Both the position numbers and the translations under genes were made by a program. The notes below the pieces were generated by a model that saw only the letters and a program-made list of their open reading frames with translations, had not been told where the DNA came from and made no database searches. Source: Candidatus Eiseniibacteriota bacterium (GTDB taxonomy: Bacteria; Eisenbacteria; RBG-16-71-46). From it: 64,000 bases of DNA. Location: positions 288,001 to 352,000 of the forward strand of contig CAVQXP010000004.1 of assembly GCA_963717935.1 (NCBI GenBank). The letters run 5' to 3'. The number at the start of each line of letters is the position of its first letter. Within the stretch, counting starts at the first letter, position 1. Shown piece after piece: positions 20,507 to 31,270 of the stretch.

Positions 20507-21219
20507 ACGCCGTCCTCGTCCTCGCCACGCTGCGGCAGCGCTTCACGAGCCCCATCCGGCTCCTCATCGTGCTGCTGCTCGGCTGGATGCCGATGCTCCC
20601 GATCCTCATGGCGCCGCGCGCCGGGTTCGCCGCGTTCGGCGACTGCTACTTCCTCGCGCTGACGCTGGCCACGGGCATGATCGGCCAGGATCTCTCCTCG
20701 GGCACGCTCCAGCTGCTGCTGGCGCGGCCCGTGACGCGGGCGCAGTACGTCTTCAGCCGGTGGGGAGCGGTCGCCGCCGGGACCTTTCTGATCGCCGTGC
20801 TGCAGACGCTCGTGGCAGCGCTCATCATGGCGCTGCGCGGCGCCCCCGTGCCGTGGGACCAGGCTGCGCTGTTCCTCGCGAACGGCGCCCTGCTCGCACT
20901 CGGCACCGCGGCCGTCATGGCGCTGCTCTCGTCACTGGCAGCGGGACTGGGCGACCTGGGACTGCTCTTCCTCGTCTTCTTCTCGGCCCAGGTGCTGGAA
21001 AAGGTGGGCATGTTCAAGTCGTGGGACTGGCTCGTGCGCGGCGCCGGGGAGCTGCTGCGCGTGCTCAAGCCAGAGCTCGACCTTGCGCCCTTCTTCCACG
21101 GCGGACCGGTCGCCTGGCTGGCGGTGGTCTCGTACCTCTCGACCGTCACGCTCTGCCTCGGGCTTGCCGTGGTGGTGATGAATCGCAGGGAGTTGTCCTA
21201 TGCCTCCTCCGGCAACTGA
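20503..21219 (+). CDS. ABC-2 type transporter permease
   Basis: About six hydrophobic segments; DLSSGTLQLLLARPVTR motif; ATGA overlap with the ATPase gene. Confidence 0.85.
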
Positions 21220-21787
21220 CGGGTTGGGCGGGATTCCTCCGCACCGCGCGGGCTCGCCCCGGCGTGACCCGGTGCTGCTGCTGGCCGTCGCCGCGCTGCT
21301 GCTGGTGCTGCGCGTGGTCCTCGGCTTCCACGAAGCGGGCCCGGCGGCGGTGCCACCCACGGGCGGGCCTTCGGGCGCCGACGCCGTGCGATGGCGCACG
21401 CTGGAGACGGGCCTCGCCGAGGCCCGCGCGACGAACCGCCCCATCCTCTACGACTTCACCGCCGAGTGGTGCCCGCCGTGCCAGTCGATGCAGCGCCAGG
21501 TCTTCGCGGACCCGCGGGCCGCGGCGGAGATCGAGAGCCGGTTCGTGCCGGTGCGCGTGCTCGACCGCCAGCGCGAGGAGGGCCGCAACGCGCGCTGGGT
21601 GGACTCGCTCCAGGCGCGCTACCGGGTGAACGCGTTCCCGACCCTGATCGTGGTCGGCGTGGACGGCCGCGAGTCCACGCGCCTCGAGGGCTTCATGGGA
21701 CGCGATGCCACGCTGGGGCAGCTCCGCGGCGCGGGCGTGAGCCTGCGCTGGGGCGCGACAGGGCAGCAGCCGCCCGACAGCCGCTGA
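21200..21787 (+). CDS. Membrane-anchored thioredoxin-family protein
   Basis: N-terminal hydrophobic anchor; LYDFTAEWCPPC; cis-Pro motif AFPT. Confidence 0.85.
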   Translation: MPPPATDGLGGIPPHRAGSPRRDPVLLLAVAALLLVLRVVLGFHEAGPAAVPPTGGPSGADAVRWRTLETGLAEARATNRPILYDFTAEWCPPCQSMQRQVFADPRAAAEIESRFVPVRVLDRQREEGRNARWVDSLQARYRVNAFPTLIVVGVDGRESTRLEGFMGRDATLGQLRGAGVSLRWGATGQQPPDSR

Positions 21788-21790
21788 CGC

Positions 21791-22651
21791 TCAGCGCGCG
21801 AAGGTGGCGAGCACCACGGGCCCGCCGTCGGGCGCGTCGGCGAAGCGGCCGATGAGGCGGGCGAGCTCGTCCGGGCGGTCGAGCATCATGAAGTGCCCGC
21901 AACTGTCCACGCGCACCGCGCGCACCCGGGGCACGGACCCGAAGCCGAGCGCCGCCGCGGCCTCCACCCAGGGCTCTCCCTTCGGCCAGGAGCGCGGCGC
22001 GAGCACCACGAGCAGGGGACACTGCAGCCGCGCCATGCGCGCCGAGAGGTCGGTCGTGAAGGCGACCCGGATCCACGGCTTGACGACCGCGGGGTCCATC
22101 GCCGCCACCTCGCGGTAGAGCGCTTCGCCCTGCGCGGAGTCGCGGCCGAACGCGGCATAGGCCTGGCGCAGCATGCCCTGGTAGTCGCGATCGAGCGCGG
22201 CGAGCGCGGCCCGGCGCTCCGCTCCCTCGGCCTGCGGCCGCAGCGCCGTCTCGATCAGCACCAGCGCGCGCACGCGGCCCGGGCTGGCGCAGGCCTCGGC
22301 CGCGGCGACGAGCCCGCCGAGCGAGTGACCCACGAGCACGACCGGCTCCCTCGATGCGCGAGCGAGCGCCGCGTCGAGCGCCTGGGCCGAGCGCTCGAGC
22401 GAGAACGGGTCGGGCATCGCGCTGACACCGTGACCCGGCAGGTCCACGAGCACGACGTGGTGCCGCCGGGCGAGGATCCGCGCGGTGGGCAACCAGTGCC
22501 CGGCACCGCTGCCGAGCCCGTGCACGAGGACGATGGTCGGGCCATGGCCGAACGCGGCCGCCAGCAGCGCCGGCGGCGGCGAGAGCGTGCGGGCGCCGGA
22601 CAGCACCAGCACGAGCGCGGCAAGGGCAAGGACGCGGACTCGAAGGGACAC
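21791..22651 (-). CDS. Secreted alpha/beta hydrolase with catalytic motifs intact
   Basis: Signal peptide; VHGLG, DLPGHG, GHSLGG nucleophile elbow, CGHF catalytic His. Confidence 0.88.
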   Translation of the reverse strand: MSLRVRVLALAALVLVLSGARTLSPPPALLAAAFGHGPTIVLVHGLGSGAGHWLPTARILARRHHVVLVDLPGHGVSAMPDPFSLERSAQALDAALARASREPVVLVGHSLGGLVAAAEACASPGRVRALVLIETALRPQAEGAERRAALAALDRDYQGMLRQAYAAFGRDSAQGEALYREVAAMDPAVVKPWIRVAFTTDLSARMARLQCPLLVVLAPRSWPKGEPWVEAAAALGFGSVPRVRAVRVDSCGHFMMLDRPDELARLIGRFADAPDGGPVVLATFAR

Positions 22652-22827
22652 GCTTCTCCGGGGCGCCCCGGGGTTGGTCGGGGCACTCCGGGGTTATCGG
22701 CAGGCTGCAGACCCGGCTGAAGGCTGGCCGGACGCCTGCACGACGCGATTCGCACCACGTTCCGCCGCGTGCAGCGCGGGTCCGGCCCGGGGTGGAGCGA
22801 AGCTCGTGAGGAGCGCCGGCGCGCCGG

Positions 22828-23694
22828 CTACTTCTTCTTCGCCGCCAGCGTCCGGGCCGTGAAATCCGCGATGACCGCGGCCAGCGTGTCGGGCTGGTCC
22901 TGCATCACCATGTAGCCCGTGCCCTGGAGGCGCCGCGGCCGGATCCCGGTCGTGTCCTCGTAGCCGATCTCCCGGGCCACCGTCCCCCAGCTCTTGCCAC
23001 CCTTGAAGAGACGGTCCGTGGCGATGAACAGGAACGGCACCTGCAGGGATTTCACGGCCGGGGAGGCGTCGGCGAGGGGCAGGGCGCCCCAGTAGGCCTT
23101 CATGGTCCGCGCCGGCACCTGCATGGCCATGGCGTGGATGTTCATGCCCTGGGCCGAATCGCGGCCGAGCTGCGTGTAGACCATCTTCATCACGTCGTCG
23201 TAGTGCTCGTCGAGCTGCTCCTGGAAGTACCTCACCATCTGGTCCTCGATCGGCATGGGCGACTTGAGCCCGGCGTCGATGACCGCGATCCCGCGCGCGT
23301 GTCTCGGATGCGCCTTGAGCGCGAGCAACGCGAGCATCCCGCCCACGCCCTTGCCCACCACCACCGTGCTGTCCGGATCCTGCTTCGCGAGCACCAGATC
23401 GAGCGCCTCGGCCGCGGCACCGAGCGTGAATGGATCCGGCAGCGCTCCGCCACCGTGCCCCGGCAGGTCCACGAGCACGACCCGGTGCTTGCCGATGAGC
23501 TTGCGTGCGGTCGGTATCCAGCTCGTACGGCTGCCACCCAGGTCGGGAACGATCACGATGGTCGGGCCCTTGCCGAGCTCGAGCGTCTTGGGCGCCTCGA
23601 TGGGCGCCGCCGCCCCGCTCGGGGCGGCGAAGAGCGCGGCCGCGAGCAGCGCGGCCGGCGCCAGAATCCAGGTGGTTCTCGGGGTCTTGGTCAC
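22828..23694 (-). CDS. Secreted alpha/beta hydrolase paralog lacking the catalytic Ser and His
   Basis: Colinear with its neighbour (GPTIV, W.PTAR.L, VLVDLPGHG, PDPF, GRDSAQG) but has GKGVGG and GTGYM; GTG start after GAGGGAG. Confidence 0.8.
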   Translation of the reverse strand: MTKTPRTTWILAPAALLAAALFAAPSGAAAPIEAPKTLELGKGPTIVIVPDLGGSRTSWIPTARKLIGKHRVVLVDLPGHGGGALPDPFTLGAAAEALDLVLAKQDPDSTVVVGKGVGGMLALLALKAHPRHARGIAVIDAGLKSPMPIEDQMVRYFQEQLDEHYDDVMKMVYTQLGRDSAQGMNIHAMAMQVPARTMKAYWGALPLADASPAVKSLQVPFLFIATDRLFKGGKSWGTVAREIGYEDTTGIRPRRLQGTGYMVMQDQPDTLAAVIADFTARTLAAKKK

Positions 23695-23856
23695 GGGATC
23701 TCCCTCGGTGTGTGACTGCGGGTCCATCGACCGCCTCCCTGGCGCTCGACCCGCGCAAGGTCCGGCGCAGTGTAACCCGTGAGGCGATTCGGGGCATCCG
23801 GACCCCGCGCGGGCGCAGACGCGAGGCGGGCCCGAAAGCCTCCGAAAAGCCGCTCC

Positions 23857-23885
23857 TTGACGACTGCACATCCGTGCAGTAACGT
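23857..23885 (+). promoter_or_regulatory. Sigma70-type promoter with an embedded palindromic operator ACTGCAC-ATCC-GTGCAGT (candidate LexA box)
   Basis: TTGACG (23857-62), 17 bp, TAACGT (23880-85); a perfect 7-4-7 inverted repeat at 23863-23880 fills the spacer. Confidence 0.7.
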
Positions 23886-23904
23886 CCCTCCTGCCAGGTC
23901 CACC

Positions 23905-24159
23905 ATGAGACAGGAAACCATCGACGAGCCCGTCGCCGTGCGCGCCGATTTTCGGGGCGGCGCGGTCACGCCCATCGCCTTCCGCCTGCGCGGGCGGGAG
24001 CACCGCGTGGTGCGCGTGAACGCACGCTGGGTGGACCGCGTGCCACGGCACCCGCACTTCTACTTCTCGGTCACGGTCGAGAGCGGCGACGCCTACCAGC
24101 TCCAGCTCCAGGCCGCCGACCTCGTCTGGTGGCTGGACTCGGTGACGCTGGAGGGGTGA
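23905..24159 (+). CDS. Small DUF6504-like protein
   Basis: 84 aa: IDEPVAV...PIAFRLRGREHRVVRVNARW...YFSVTVESGDAYQL...WWL. Confidence 0.65.
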   Translation: MRQETIDEPVAVRADFRGGAVTPIAFRLRGREHRVVRVNARWVDRVPRHPHFYFSVTVESGDAYQLQLQAADLVWWLDSVTLEG

Positions 24160-24307
24160 TGGCGAAGCGCGACGCGGAGGCGACGGCGAACCGGGTGACG
24201 GCTCCGGCGGCGGGGCCCCGTCGTGGCGGGGTGGAGCGAAGGGAGAGTCTTCGCTGGCGTAAGCTCACAGGGAGAAGCTGCGCATCGGACACGCCCGGGA
24301 GGAGACC

Positions 24308-25282
24308 ATGAAAGCCATCCGCATCCACGCCTTCGGCGGCCCCGAGGTCTACCGGTACGAGGAGATCCCCGACCCTTCGCCAGGCGCCGGCCAGGCTCTG
24401 GTCGCGATCGAGGCGGTCGGGGTGAACTTCATCGAGGTCTACCAGCGCACCGGCCTCTATCCCGTCCCGCTGCCCGCCACGCCCGGATCGGAGGCCGCGG
24501 GCACGATCGTCGCCGTCGGCCCCGGCGCCACGGAGTTCCGCACGGGTGACCGCGTCGCCTGGCAGGGCTCGCCCGGTGCCTACGCCGAGCGCGCGGCCGT
24601 GCCGGTCGAGCGGCTCGTGCGCCTGCCCGAGGGCGTGGGCCCGAAGCAGGGCGCCGCGGCGATGCTCCAGGGCATGACCGCGCACTACCTCGCGCACTCG
24701 ACGTTCCCCGTCAAACCCGGCGACACCTGCCTCGTGCACGCCGCGGCGGGCGGCGTCGGACTGCTGCTCTGCCAGATCGCGAAGCGGCGCGGCGCGCGCG
24801 TGATCGGCACCGTGTCCACCGCGGAGAAGGCCGCCCTCGCCCGCGAGGCGGGCGCGGGCGACGTGATCCTCTACACCGAGCAGGACTTCGAGGCCGAGGT
24901 GCGGCGGGTCACGGACGGCGCCGGCGTGCAGGTGGTCTACGACTCGGTGGGGCGCACGACCTTCGAGCGGAGCCTGCGCTGCCTCGCGCCGCGCGGGATG
25001 ATGGTGCTGTACGGCCAGTCGAGCGGGCCGGTCGGGTCCTTCGATCCGCAGTTGCTCAACCAGCGCGGCTCGATCTTCCTCACGCGGCCCATGCTGGGGC
25101 ACTACGTCGCCACGCGCACCGAGCTGCTCGAGCGCGCGAACGAGGTGCTGGGCTGGGTGCGCGACGGCACGCTGCGGCTGCGCATCGGGCGGGAGTTCCC
25201 GCTCGCGCAGGCGGCCGAGGCACACCGCCAGCTGCAGGCGCGCGCGACCACGGGGAAGCTGCTGCTGATCCCGGGGGCCTAG
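24308..25282 (+). CDS. qor: NADPH:quinone oxidoreductase (zeta-crystallin/MDR family)
   Basis: [56 protein letters not shown]. Confidence 0.92.
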   Translation: MKAIRIHAFGGPEVYRYEEIPDPSPGAGQALVAIEAVGVNFIEVYQRTGLYPVPLPATPGSEAAGTIVAVGPGATEFRTGDRVAWQGSPGAYAERAAVPVERLVRLPEGVGPKQGAAAMLQGMTAHYLAHSTFPVKPGDTCLVHAAAGGVGLLLCQIAKRRGARVIGTVSTAEKAALAREAGAGDVILYTEQDFEAEVRRVTDGAGVQVVYDSVGRTTFERSLRCLAPRGMMVLYGQSSGPVGSFDPQLLNQRGSIFLTRPMLGHYVATRTELLERANEVLGWVRDGTLRLRIGREFPLAQAAEAHRQLQARATTGKLLLIPGA

Positions 25283-25336
25283 CCAGCGGCGCGCCGGAGC
25301 CGACCGGTCGAGCGCCGGGGAGGACCTCGTCGCCCC

Positions 25337-26560
25337 CTACTCGTACCGCAGCGCCTCGATCGGATCGAGCGACGCCGCCCGTCGCGCGGGCCAGACGCCG
25401 AAGAGGATGCCCACCGCGGCCGAGAACGCGAAGGCGAGCAGCACCGAGGACGGGCCCACCGCCGTGTTCCAGTGGAACACGGTGCGCAGCAGGATCGCCC
25501 CGCCCCCGCCCAGCGCGATCCCGACGATCCCGCCCAGCATGCAGAGCACGACCGCCTCGATCAGGAACTGGAGGAGGATGTTGACCTGCGTCGCCCCGAG
25601 CGCCTTGCGCACGCCGATCTCACGCGTCCGCTCGGTCACCGACACGAGCATGATGTTCATGATGCCGATGCCCCCCACCAGCAGGCTCACCGCGGCGATG
25701 CCGGCGAGCAGCAGCGAGAAGACCTGCGTCGTCTCGCCGAGCGTGTTGAGGAAGTCCGCCTGGCTGCGGATGTGGAAATCGTCCGGCTTCCCCGCCTGCA
25801 GGCGGTGTTCGCGGCGCAGGATCCTGGTGACCTCCGCCATCGCCAGCGTGACCTGGCCCTCGCTCGCGGCCAGGACGCTGATGCTCCGCAGGCGGTTGAC
25901 CCCCATGAGCCGGTAGCGCGCGGTCTGGATCGGCACCAGGACGCGGTCGTCCGGATTTCCGAAGCCGCCGCTCTGGCCCTTCGACTCGAGCACGCCGACC
26001 ACCTCGAACTGGATGGTCCCGATCCGGACGGACTCGCCGATGATCGCCTCCGGCGACGAGACGCCGAGGTCGGAGAGGACCTGCGAGCCGACCACGGCGT
26101 AGCGCCGCCGCGCGTCGTCGTCGGCTGCCATGAACATCCGCCCCGCGGCCAGCGCGTAGCGCCGGACCTCGAGATAGTTGGCCGTCGTGCCGACGATGTT
26201 GGTGTTGGTGTTGCGGTTCTCGTAGCGCACCTGGAGCTGCCGCGACATCTCGGGCTGGACCGCCGCCACGGCCGTGGCGCGCTGCTCGATGGCCTTCGCG
26301 TCTTCCAGCGTGAGCTCCGCCCGGTCGGCCGACGACGCGATGCGCCCCGGACCGAACGCCGCCCCGGCCTCCACGTCCACCAGCGTGGTGCCCAGCGCCG
26401 CGATGCGCGCCTGCACCGAGTCCCGCGCACCCTGTCCCAGCGCCACCATGGCGATCACCGCGGCGACCCCGATGACGATCCCCAGCATGGTGAGGAAGGA
26501 ACGCAGCTTGTTGGCGCCGAGCGCCTCGAGGGCGACGCGCAGGACCTCGCCGAACAGCAT
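25337..26560 (-). CDS. MacB-like ABC transporter permease (FtsX domain)
   Basis: NKLRSFLTMLGIVIGV, VGGIGIMNIMLVSVTERTREIGVRKALGA, LDPIEALRYE; GGAGG before ATG 26560. Confidence 0.92.
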   Translation of the reverse strand: MLFGEVLRVALEALGANKLRSFLTMLGIVIGVAAVIAMVALGQGARDSVQARIAALGTTLVDVEAGAAFGPGRIASSADRAELTLEDAKAIEQRATAVAAVQPEMSRQLQVRYENRNTNTNIVGTTANYLEVRRYALAAGRMFMAADDDARRRYAVVGSQVLSDLGVSSPEAIIGESVRIGTIQFEVVGVLESKGQSGGFGNPDDRVLVPIQTARYRLMGVNRLRSISVLAASEGQVTLAMAEVTRILRREHRLQAGKPDDFHIRSQADFLNTLGETTQVFSLLLAGIAAVSLLVGGIGIMNIMLVSVTERTREIGVRKALGATQVNILLQFLIEAVVLCMLGGIVGIALGGGGAILLRTVFHWNTAVGPSSVLLAFAFSAAVGILFGVWPARRAASLDPIEALRYE

Positions 26561-26564
26561 GGCC

Positions 26565-28175
26565 TTACCTCCCCGCCCCGGTGCGGGACGCGCCGGAAGA
26601 ACTGGAGCTGCCGGTCCGGCTGCTGGACGAGCTGGAGCCGCCGGTGAGTCCGGCGCCGGCGCGCTCACGGATGCGGCTCGTCATCTGGTTCCGCTGCTGC
26701 TGGGCCTCGAAGACGCCCAGCATCACCACCTGGTCACCCTCCTCGAGTCCCCGCACGACCTCCGCGTAGTCGTAGTCGCTGAGGCCGGTCTGCACGACGC
26801 GGGCCGCCAGGCCGGTCGCGGTCTTCACGACCACGACCTTCATGCCGGAGCCGCTCGCGGCGCCCGTGCCGCTCCCCGCCCCGGAACCGCCGGCGCCTGC
26901 GGCAGGCGTGCCCGGCGCACCGCCCGCGCTCACGCCCGCTGCAGCCATGCGCTCGCGCATGCGGGCCAGTTGCTCGGGGTCCATGTCGCCGGAGGCCATG
27001 CGCGCGCGCATCCGGGCGACGCGCTCGGGCGTCATGCCCTCCCCGGCGGGGCCGGTCCCGCGGCTCCACGACCGGCGGGATGCCACGCTGTCGCCGGCGG
27101 CCCGTGCGGACCGGGGGCGAACGCTGTCCCCCTGCGCTCGCGATGCCGCAGCCGCGCCCGTGGCGCCGCCGCGCATCTGCGCGCGCAGCGAGTCCACGTC
27201 GATCCCCAACGCGGAGGCGAGCGGCGTGATCTCGCGCAGGCTCCGCAGCGCGTCGAGCGGCGCCGCCAGCACGTTGCGGCGCTGGTCCACGGTCATCGTG
27301 ACCTCGCCGTTCATGCCCGGCAGCAGCAGCCGCTCGTCGTTCGAGATCGAGATGAGCACCGGGAACATCGTCACCGACTGCTGCACCACCGCCTGGGGCT
27401 CGATCTTCTCGACCACGCCGTGGAAGGATCGCTGCGGATAGGCGTCCACCACCACGGCCACGTTCTGGCCCTCGTGGACCTTGCCGATGTCGGTCTCCAC
27501 GACCAGCGCCCGCATGCGGATGCGGCTGAGGTCGGCCATCTGCAGCAGCGTGGTGCCGCCCGTGACCGAGGAGGTCGCGGACGAGATCACCTGCCCGACC
27601 GAGACCGGCTTCTCGAGGACGGTCCCCGCGATCGGGGCGCGCACGGTCGCGTCCTCGAGCCGCTGCCGGGCCAGGTCGAGGTTGGTCCGGGCCGCCACCA
27701 GCGCGGACTTCGCGTTGGCCTCGTCGAGCGTCGAGGTCTCGTGTTCGGTGGCGGTGATGACCTGCGCCGCGAACAGCTCGTCGGCGCGCTGGCGCTGGTT
27801 GGCCGAGACCCGTGCGCGCGCCTCGGCGGCGACCAGGGCCGCCTGCGACTGGTCGAACGCGTTCTGCACGTCCCGCGGATCCACCTGGACCAGAAGGTCG
27901 CCGGGCTGCACCACCGAGCCGATCTCCACCGGCATGCGGACGATCTGTCCCGAGGCCTTCGACTTGACCTCCACGAGGTTGATCGGCTCCACCGTGCCCG
28001 TGGCCTCGACCGTGACGGCGATGTCGCGCCGCTCGACCGCCTCGGTGGTCACGGAGGCGCCCGCCGAGGATCGTTTCGGGAGGAACCTCACGATCACGAC
28101 CGCGGCGATCGCCACGGCGACGAGGACCAGTGCGACGATGCGTGCACGGCTTCCTGATGCCCACGGGCGATTCAC
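26565..28175 (-). CDS. MacA/HlyD-family periplasmic adaptor subunit
   Basis: ATGTVEPINLVEVKSKASG, VRAPIAGTV, LLPGMN, GLEEGDQV; Gly/Met-rich insert; GTG start approximate. Confidence 0.88.
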   Translation of the reverse strand: MNRPWASGSRARIVALVLVAVAIAAVVIVRFLPKRSSAGASVTTEAVERRDIAVTVEATGTVEPINLVEVKSKASGQIVRMPVEIGSVVQPGDLLVQVDPRDVQNAFDQSQAALVAAEARARVSANQRQRADELFAAQVITATEHETSTLDEANAKSALVAARTNLDLARQRLEDATVRAPIAGTVLEKPVSVGQVISSATSSVTGGTTLLQMADLSRIRMRALVVETDIGKVHEGQNVAVVVDAYPQRSFHGVVEKIEPQAVVQQSVTMFPVLISISNDERLLLPGMNGEVTMTVDQRRNVLAAPLDALRSLREITPLASALGIDVDSLRAQMRGGATGAAAASRAQGDSVRPRSARAAGDSVASRRSWSRGTGPAGEGMTPERVARMRARMASGDMDPEQLARMRERMAAAGVSAGGAPGTPAAGAGGSGAGSGTGAASGSGMKVVVVKTATGLAARVVQTGLSDYDYAEVVRGLEEGDQVVMLGVFEAQQQRNQMTSRIRERAGAGLTGGSSSSSSRTGSSSSSGASRTGAGR

Positions 28176-28230
28176 GTCGTTCCCCTTTCCTTCACGCCCG
28201 GCCTCGCGCCGGGCGGCTCCGTCGGTTCGA

Positions 28231-29571
28231 CTACAGGTCACGGCCCGCGAGGGCCTCGATCTGGGCGCGCGCGATGCGCTGGTCGTAGCGGGCGCGGATG
28301 AGGGCCGCCCGCGCGTCGTCGAGCTGGGTCTGAGAGGTCAGCAGGTCCAGCAGCGTGCTCTCCCCGATGGCATAGCGCTGCTGCTGGACGCGCAGATCCT
28401 CCTCCGCCGCGCCCACCGATTCGGCCTGCAACTGCACGCGTTCCCCGGCCGTCCGCAGCACGCCGAGATAGCGGGTCAGGCTCTCGCGCGCGGTGAGCCG
28501 GGCGTCGCGCAGCGCGGCCTCGGCGTTGTCCAGCGCGACGCCGCGCTGCACCACCTGCTGCTCGCGGGCGAACTGGTTGAACAACGGCAACGAGAGCGAG
28601 AAGCGCAACGTGCCGTTGTACGACAGGTCGTCCGCGCCGAACACCGGGTCGGTGCCGCTGCCGCTCCCGCCCCGGCTGTAGGAGGCGCTCACCGAGGGCA
28701 GGTAGGCGGTCCAGGCCGCCGCGCGCGCCGCCCGCGCGGCGTCCCGCTGCGCGATGGCCTGCCGCACGGCGGGGCCGTCGTCCACCAGCCGGGACAGCTC
28801 CCCCTCACCGAGGACCGCCGCGACCGCCGCGATGCCGTCGTCCGCCGCGGCCGTGATGCGGTCCGGCATGCCCACCGCGCGCGTCAGGGACGCCTCCGCC
28901 GAAGCGAGGTCGGCACCGGCCTGCGACAGCGCCAGCCGGGCGTTGCGCAGCGCGATCTCCGAGCGCAGGGAGTCGGACTTGGTCGCGCGCGCCGCGCGCA
29001 CCCGGAGCACGGCCGCCTTCAACTGCTGCTCCGCCTGCCCCTCCTGGGCCCGGGCCGCGGCCTGCGACTCGCGGGCCGCCAGCACGTTGAAGTACTGCTG
29101 CTTCACGTCGAGGTCCACCACGTAGCGGAGCGTGACCTCGCTCGCGCGGGCGGAGGCGAGCGTGGCGCGCGCCTGGCGCAGGTCGAAGAGACGCTGCCCG
29201 CCGGCGAACAGCTCCAGGCTCGTACCGAAGCTGCTGCTGTACGACCAGGGCGTGCTGGGCAGCGTGACCACGGTGCCGTTCTCGATGCGCGTCCGGCCCG
29301 CGTCCCCGCTGTACTGGCGGGTCGTCCCCGCCGAGACCGTGAGACCCGGCAGGAAGGCGCCCCAGGCCGCCCGGACGCCCGCCCGCCCGTTGCGGAGCTG
29401 CCCCGCCGCCTGGACGATCTCCGGGGCGTTCTGCCGGGCGAACGCCAGCGCCTCGTCGAGCGTGACCGCGCGCGGTGCGGCACCGTCCGGAGCGGACACG
29501 GACTGCGCAACCGCGGCGCGCGAGCCCGAGACCAGCGACGCGCACAGCAGGACCACCAGGAGCCGGGTCAT
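28231..29571 (-). CDS. TolC family outer-membrane efflux protein
   Basis: Signal peptide, VTLDEAL, two repeats with FLP/YLP and [18 protein letters not shown]. Confidence 0.9.
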   Translation of the reverse strand: MTRLLVVLLCASLVSGSRAAVAQSVSAPDGAAPRAVTLDEALAFARQNAPEIVQAAGQLRNGRAGVRAAWGAFLPGLTVSAGTTRQYSGDAGRTRIENGTVVTLPSTPWSYSSSFGTSLELFAGGQRLFDLRQARATLASARASEVTLRYVVDLDVKQQYFNVLAARESQAAARAQEGQAEQQLKAAVLRVRAARATKSDSLRSEIALRNARLALSQAGADLASAEASLTRAVGMPDRITAAADDGIAAVAAVLGEGELSRLVDDGPAVRQAIAQRDAARAARAAAWTAYLPSVSASYSRGGSGSGTDPVFGADDLSYNGTLRFSLSLPLFNQFAREQQVVQRGVALDNAEAALRDARLTARESLTRYLGVLRTAGERVQLQAESVGAAEEDLRVQQQRYAIGESTLLDLLTSQTQLDDARAALIRARYDQRIARAQIEALAGRDL

Positions 29572-30332
29572 GGCTGGACCTTTCGCGCCGCGTCCCCGGC
29601 CAGCAGGCGCCCGGTGGCTTCGTCGGACTCGATCCTGCCGTCTCTCAGCACGACGCGCCGGTGCGCGTGCCGGGCGATGTCCGCCTCGTGCGTCACGACC
29701 AGGATCGTCTGGCCCTCGGCGTGCAGCTCGTCGAACAGTGCCATCACTTCCTCCCCCGTCCGGGTATCGAGGTTGCCGGTCGGCTCGTCCGCCAGCAGGA
29801 GCGCGGGCTCGGTCACGAGCGCCCGCGCGATCGCGACCCGCTGGCGCTGGCCGCCCGAGAGCTCGTTCGGCCGGTGGTGCATGCGGTCCGCCAGTCCCAC
29901 ACGCCCGAGAGCTGCGGTCGCGCGCTGCCGCCGCTCGGCGGCGCGCACGCCCCCGTACACCAGCGGCAACTCGACGTTGCGCAGGGCGGTCGCCCGCGCC
30001 AGCAGGTTGAAGGTCTGGAACACGAACCCGATCTCGCGGTTGCGCGTGTGCGCGAGCTGCGCGTCGGTCATGTGCGAGACCCGCAGGCCGTGCAGCCAGT
30101 AGTCCCCGCGGCTCGGGGACTCCAGGCAGCCGAGGATGTTCATGAGCGTGGACTTCCCCGAGCCCGAGGGCCCCATGATGGCGACGTACTCGTTGCGCTC
30201 GACCGCGAGGCTGACCTCGCGCAGCGCGTGCACGGTCTCGCTGCCCATCGCGTAGTCGCGGCCCAGCCCTTCCACCCGCAGCACGGGGCCGGACGCCGCT
30301 CCCACCGCGCCCGGGACGCTCGGTCCGTTCAT
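29568..30332 (-). CDS. MacB/LolD-type ABC ATP-binding protein
   Basis: [46 protein letters not shown]. Confidence 0.93.
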   Translation of the reverse strand: MNGPSVPGAVGAASGPVLRVEGLGRDYAMGSETVHALREVSLAVERNEYVAIMGPSGSGKSTLMNILGCLESPSRGDYWLHGLRVSHMTDAQLAHTRNREIGFVFQTFNLLARATALRNVELPLVYGGVRAAERRQRATAALGRVGLADRMHHRPNELSGGQRQRVAIARALVTEPALLLADEPTGNLDTRTGEEVMALFDELHAEGQTILVVTHEADIARHAHRRVVLRDGRIESDEATGRLLAGDAARKVQP

Positions 30333-31069
30333 CAGTCGGCCACCCTCCGGTACGCGCGCTTGAACTCGCGGGCCGGCAGGTCCCCGGAGGACTCGATCTT
30401 CGTATGGATCACGAGCAGAGCCCCCTTGTCCTCGATGCTGATGGTCTCGGTCATCTTCCCCCCGGCCGGCCCCTCGCGCTCGACCATCAGTTTCTTCCCC
30501 GTCCACGCCCCACTCAGCACCTGCGCGCCCGGGGCGTGGGCCTGCTTGTCCTCGGCGCCCGCGAGCGTCGTGATCTCCTGCAGCACCTTCCCGGTAGAGT
30601 CCTCGAAGCTCACGATGGTTTCGGTCATCGTGACGTGCATCAGGTCCGGCAGACGCCCCGGCCGCTCCGCGCCGCCGGGACCGCCGCCGCGCGGTCCGCG
30701 ATCCGCGTCGCCGCCAGAGCCCCGGGGGGGCCGGCCTCCGCCACCCATACCACCGGGGCCGCCCATGCCACCAGGGCCGCCCATGCCACCAGGGCCGCCC
30801 ATGCCACCGGGACCACCCATGCCACCGCGCATCCCACGCCCTGTTGGGCCACCCTCGGGTCGCTGCATCGTGCCGCTGCGCTTCGGATCGAGTTGCCACG
30901 TTCCGGTCAGGTCCAGAGCCTGCTTCCCGCCGGCCGTCATGGTCACCGCGTGGACCGTGTCAGCGACGTCAGCCACGTCAGCCACGTCAGCCACGTCGGC
31001 CGCGCCGGCCGCGCCGGCGAGCGCGACGCTCGCGATCAGCGCGAGTCCGGTCACTCTGCGACGGATCAT
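30332..31069 (-). CDS. Secreted hypothetical protein with Gly-rich repeat loop, possibly lipocalin-like barrel (DLTGTWQLD)
   Basis: Signal peptide, (ADV)5, [19 protein letters not shown] repeats, beta-rich C-terminus ending FKRAYRR; first gene of the efflux operon. Confidence 0.7.
   Translation of the reverse strand: MIRRRVTGLALIASVALAGAAGAADVADVADVADVADTVHAVTMTAGGKQALDLTGTWQLDPKRSGTMQRPEGGPTGRGMRGGMGGPGGMGGPGGMGGPGGMGGPGGMGGGGRPPRGSGGDADRGPRGGGPGGAERPGRLPDLMHVTMTETIVSFEDSTGKVLQEITTLAGAEDKQAHAPGAQVLSGAWTGKKLMVEREGPAGGKMTETISIEDKGALLVIHTKIESSGDLPAREFKRAYRRVAD
30741..30826 (-). repeat. 18-bp coding tandem repeat (GGMGGP), ~5 copies
   Basis: Units such as GGGCCGCCCATGCCACCA on the + strand. 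Confidence 0.85.
30959..31000 (-). repeat. 9-bp coding tandem repeat (ADV), ~5 copies
   Basis: GTCAGCCAC repeated on the + strand. Confidence 0.85.
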
Positions 31070-31134
31070 CCTGAGCCTCCTGGTTAAGGCGGGCGCGGAC
31101 CCTGGAGGGGATCACCGTTCCGCGCGTCACCCAT

Positions 31135-31166
31135 AACGTACGCGGTCCGTGTGGCAGAGATGTGAC
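31135..31166 (-). promoter_or_regulatory. OmpR/PhoB-type tandem box plus -10 element for the efflux operon
   Basis: Minus strand GTCACA-TCTCT-GCCACA, 9 bp, TACGTT. Confidence 0.6.
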
Positions 31167-31270
31167 GACGAAGCGGCAAATTCGGGCGACCTGTCAGGGT
31201 TTCGTCCGCCCGGCCGGGCTCGTCCGGTGCGGCGCGCCACCGCACCCGAGCCACGAAGGACCACGGGCCT

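Noticed and set aside
24225..24300. tRNA-like start GGCGGGGTGGAGC
   Set aside because: No T-arm GTTCGA, no acceptor-stem partner and no cloverleaf
29568..30899. ABC ATPase with an N-terminal (WHGRPW)n extension
   Set aside because: The extension is an off-frame reading of the GGMGGP repeat in the upstream gene; the ATPase starts at 30332
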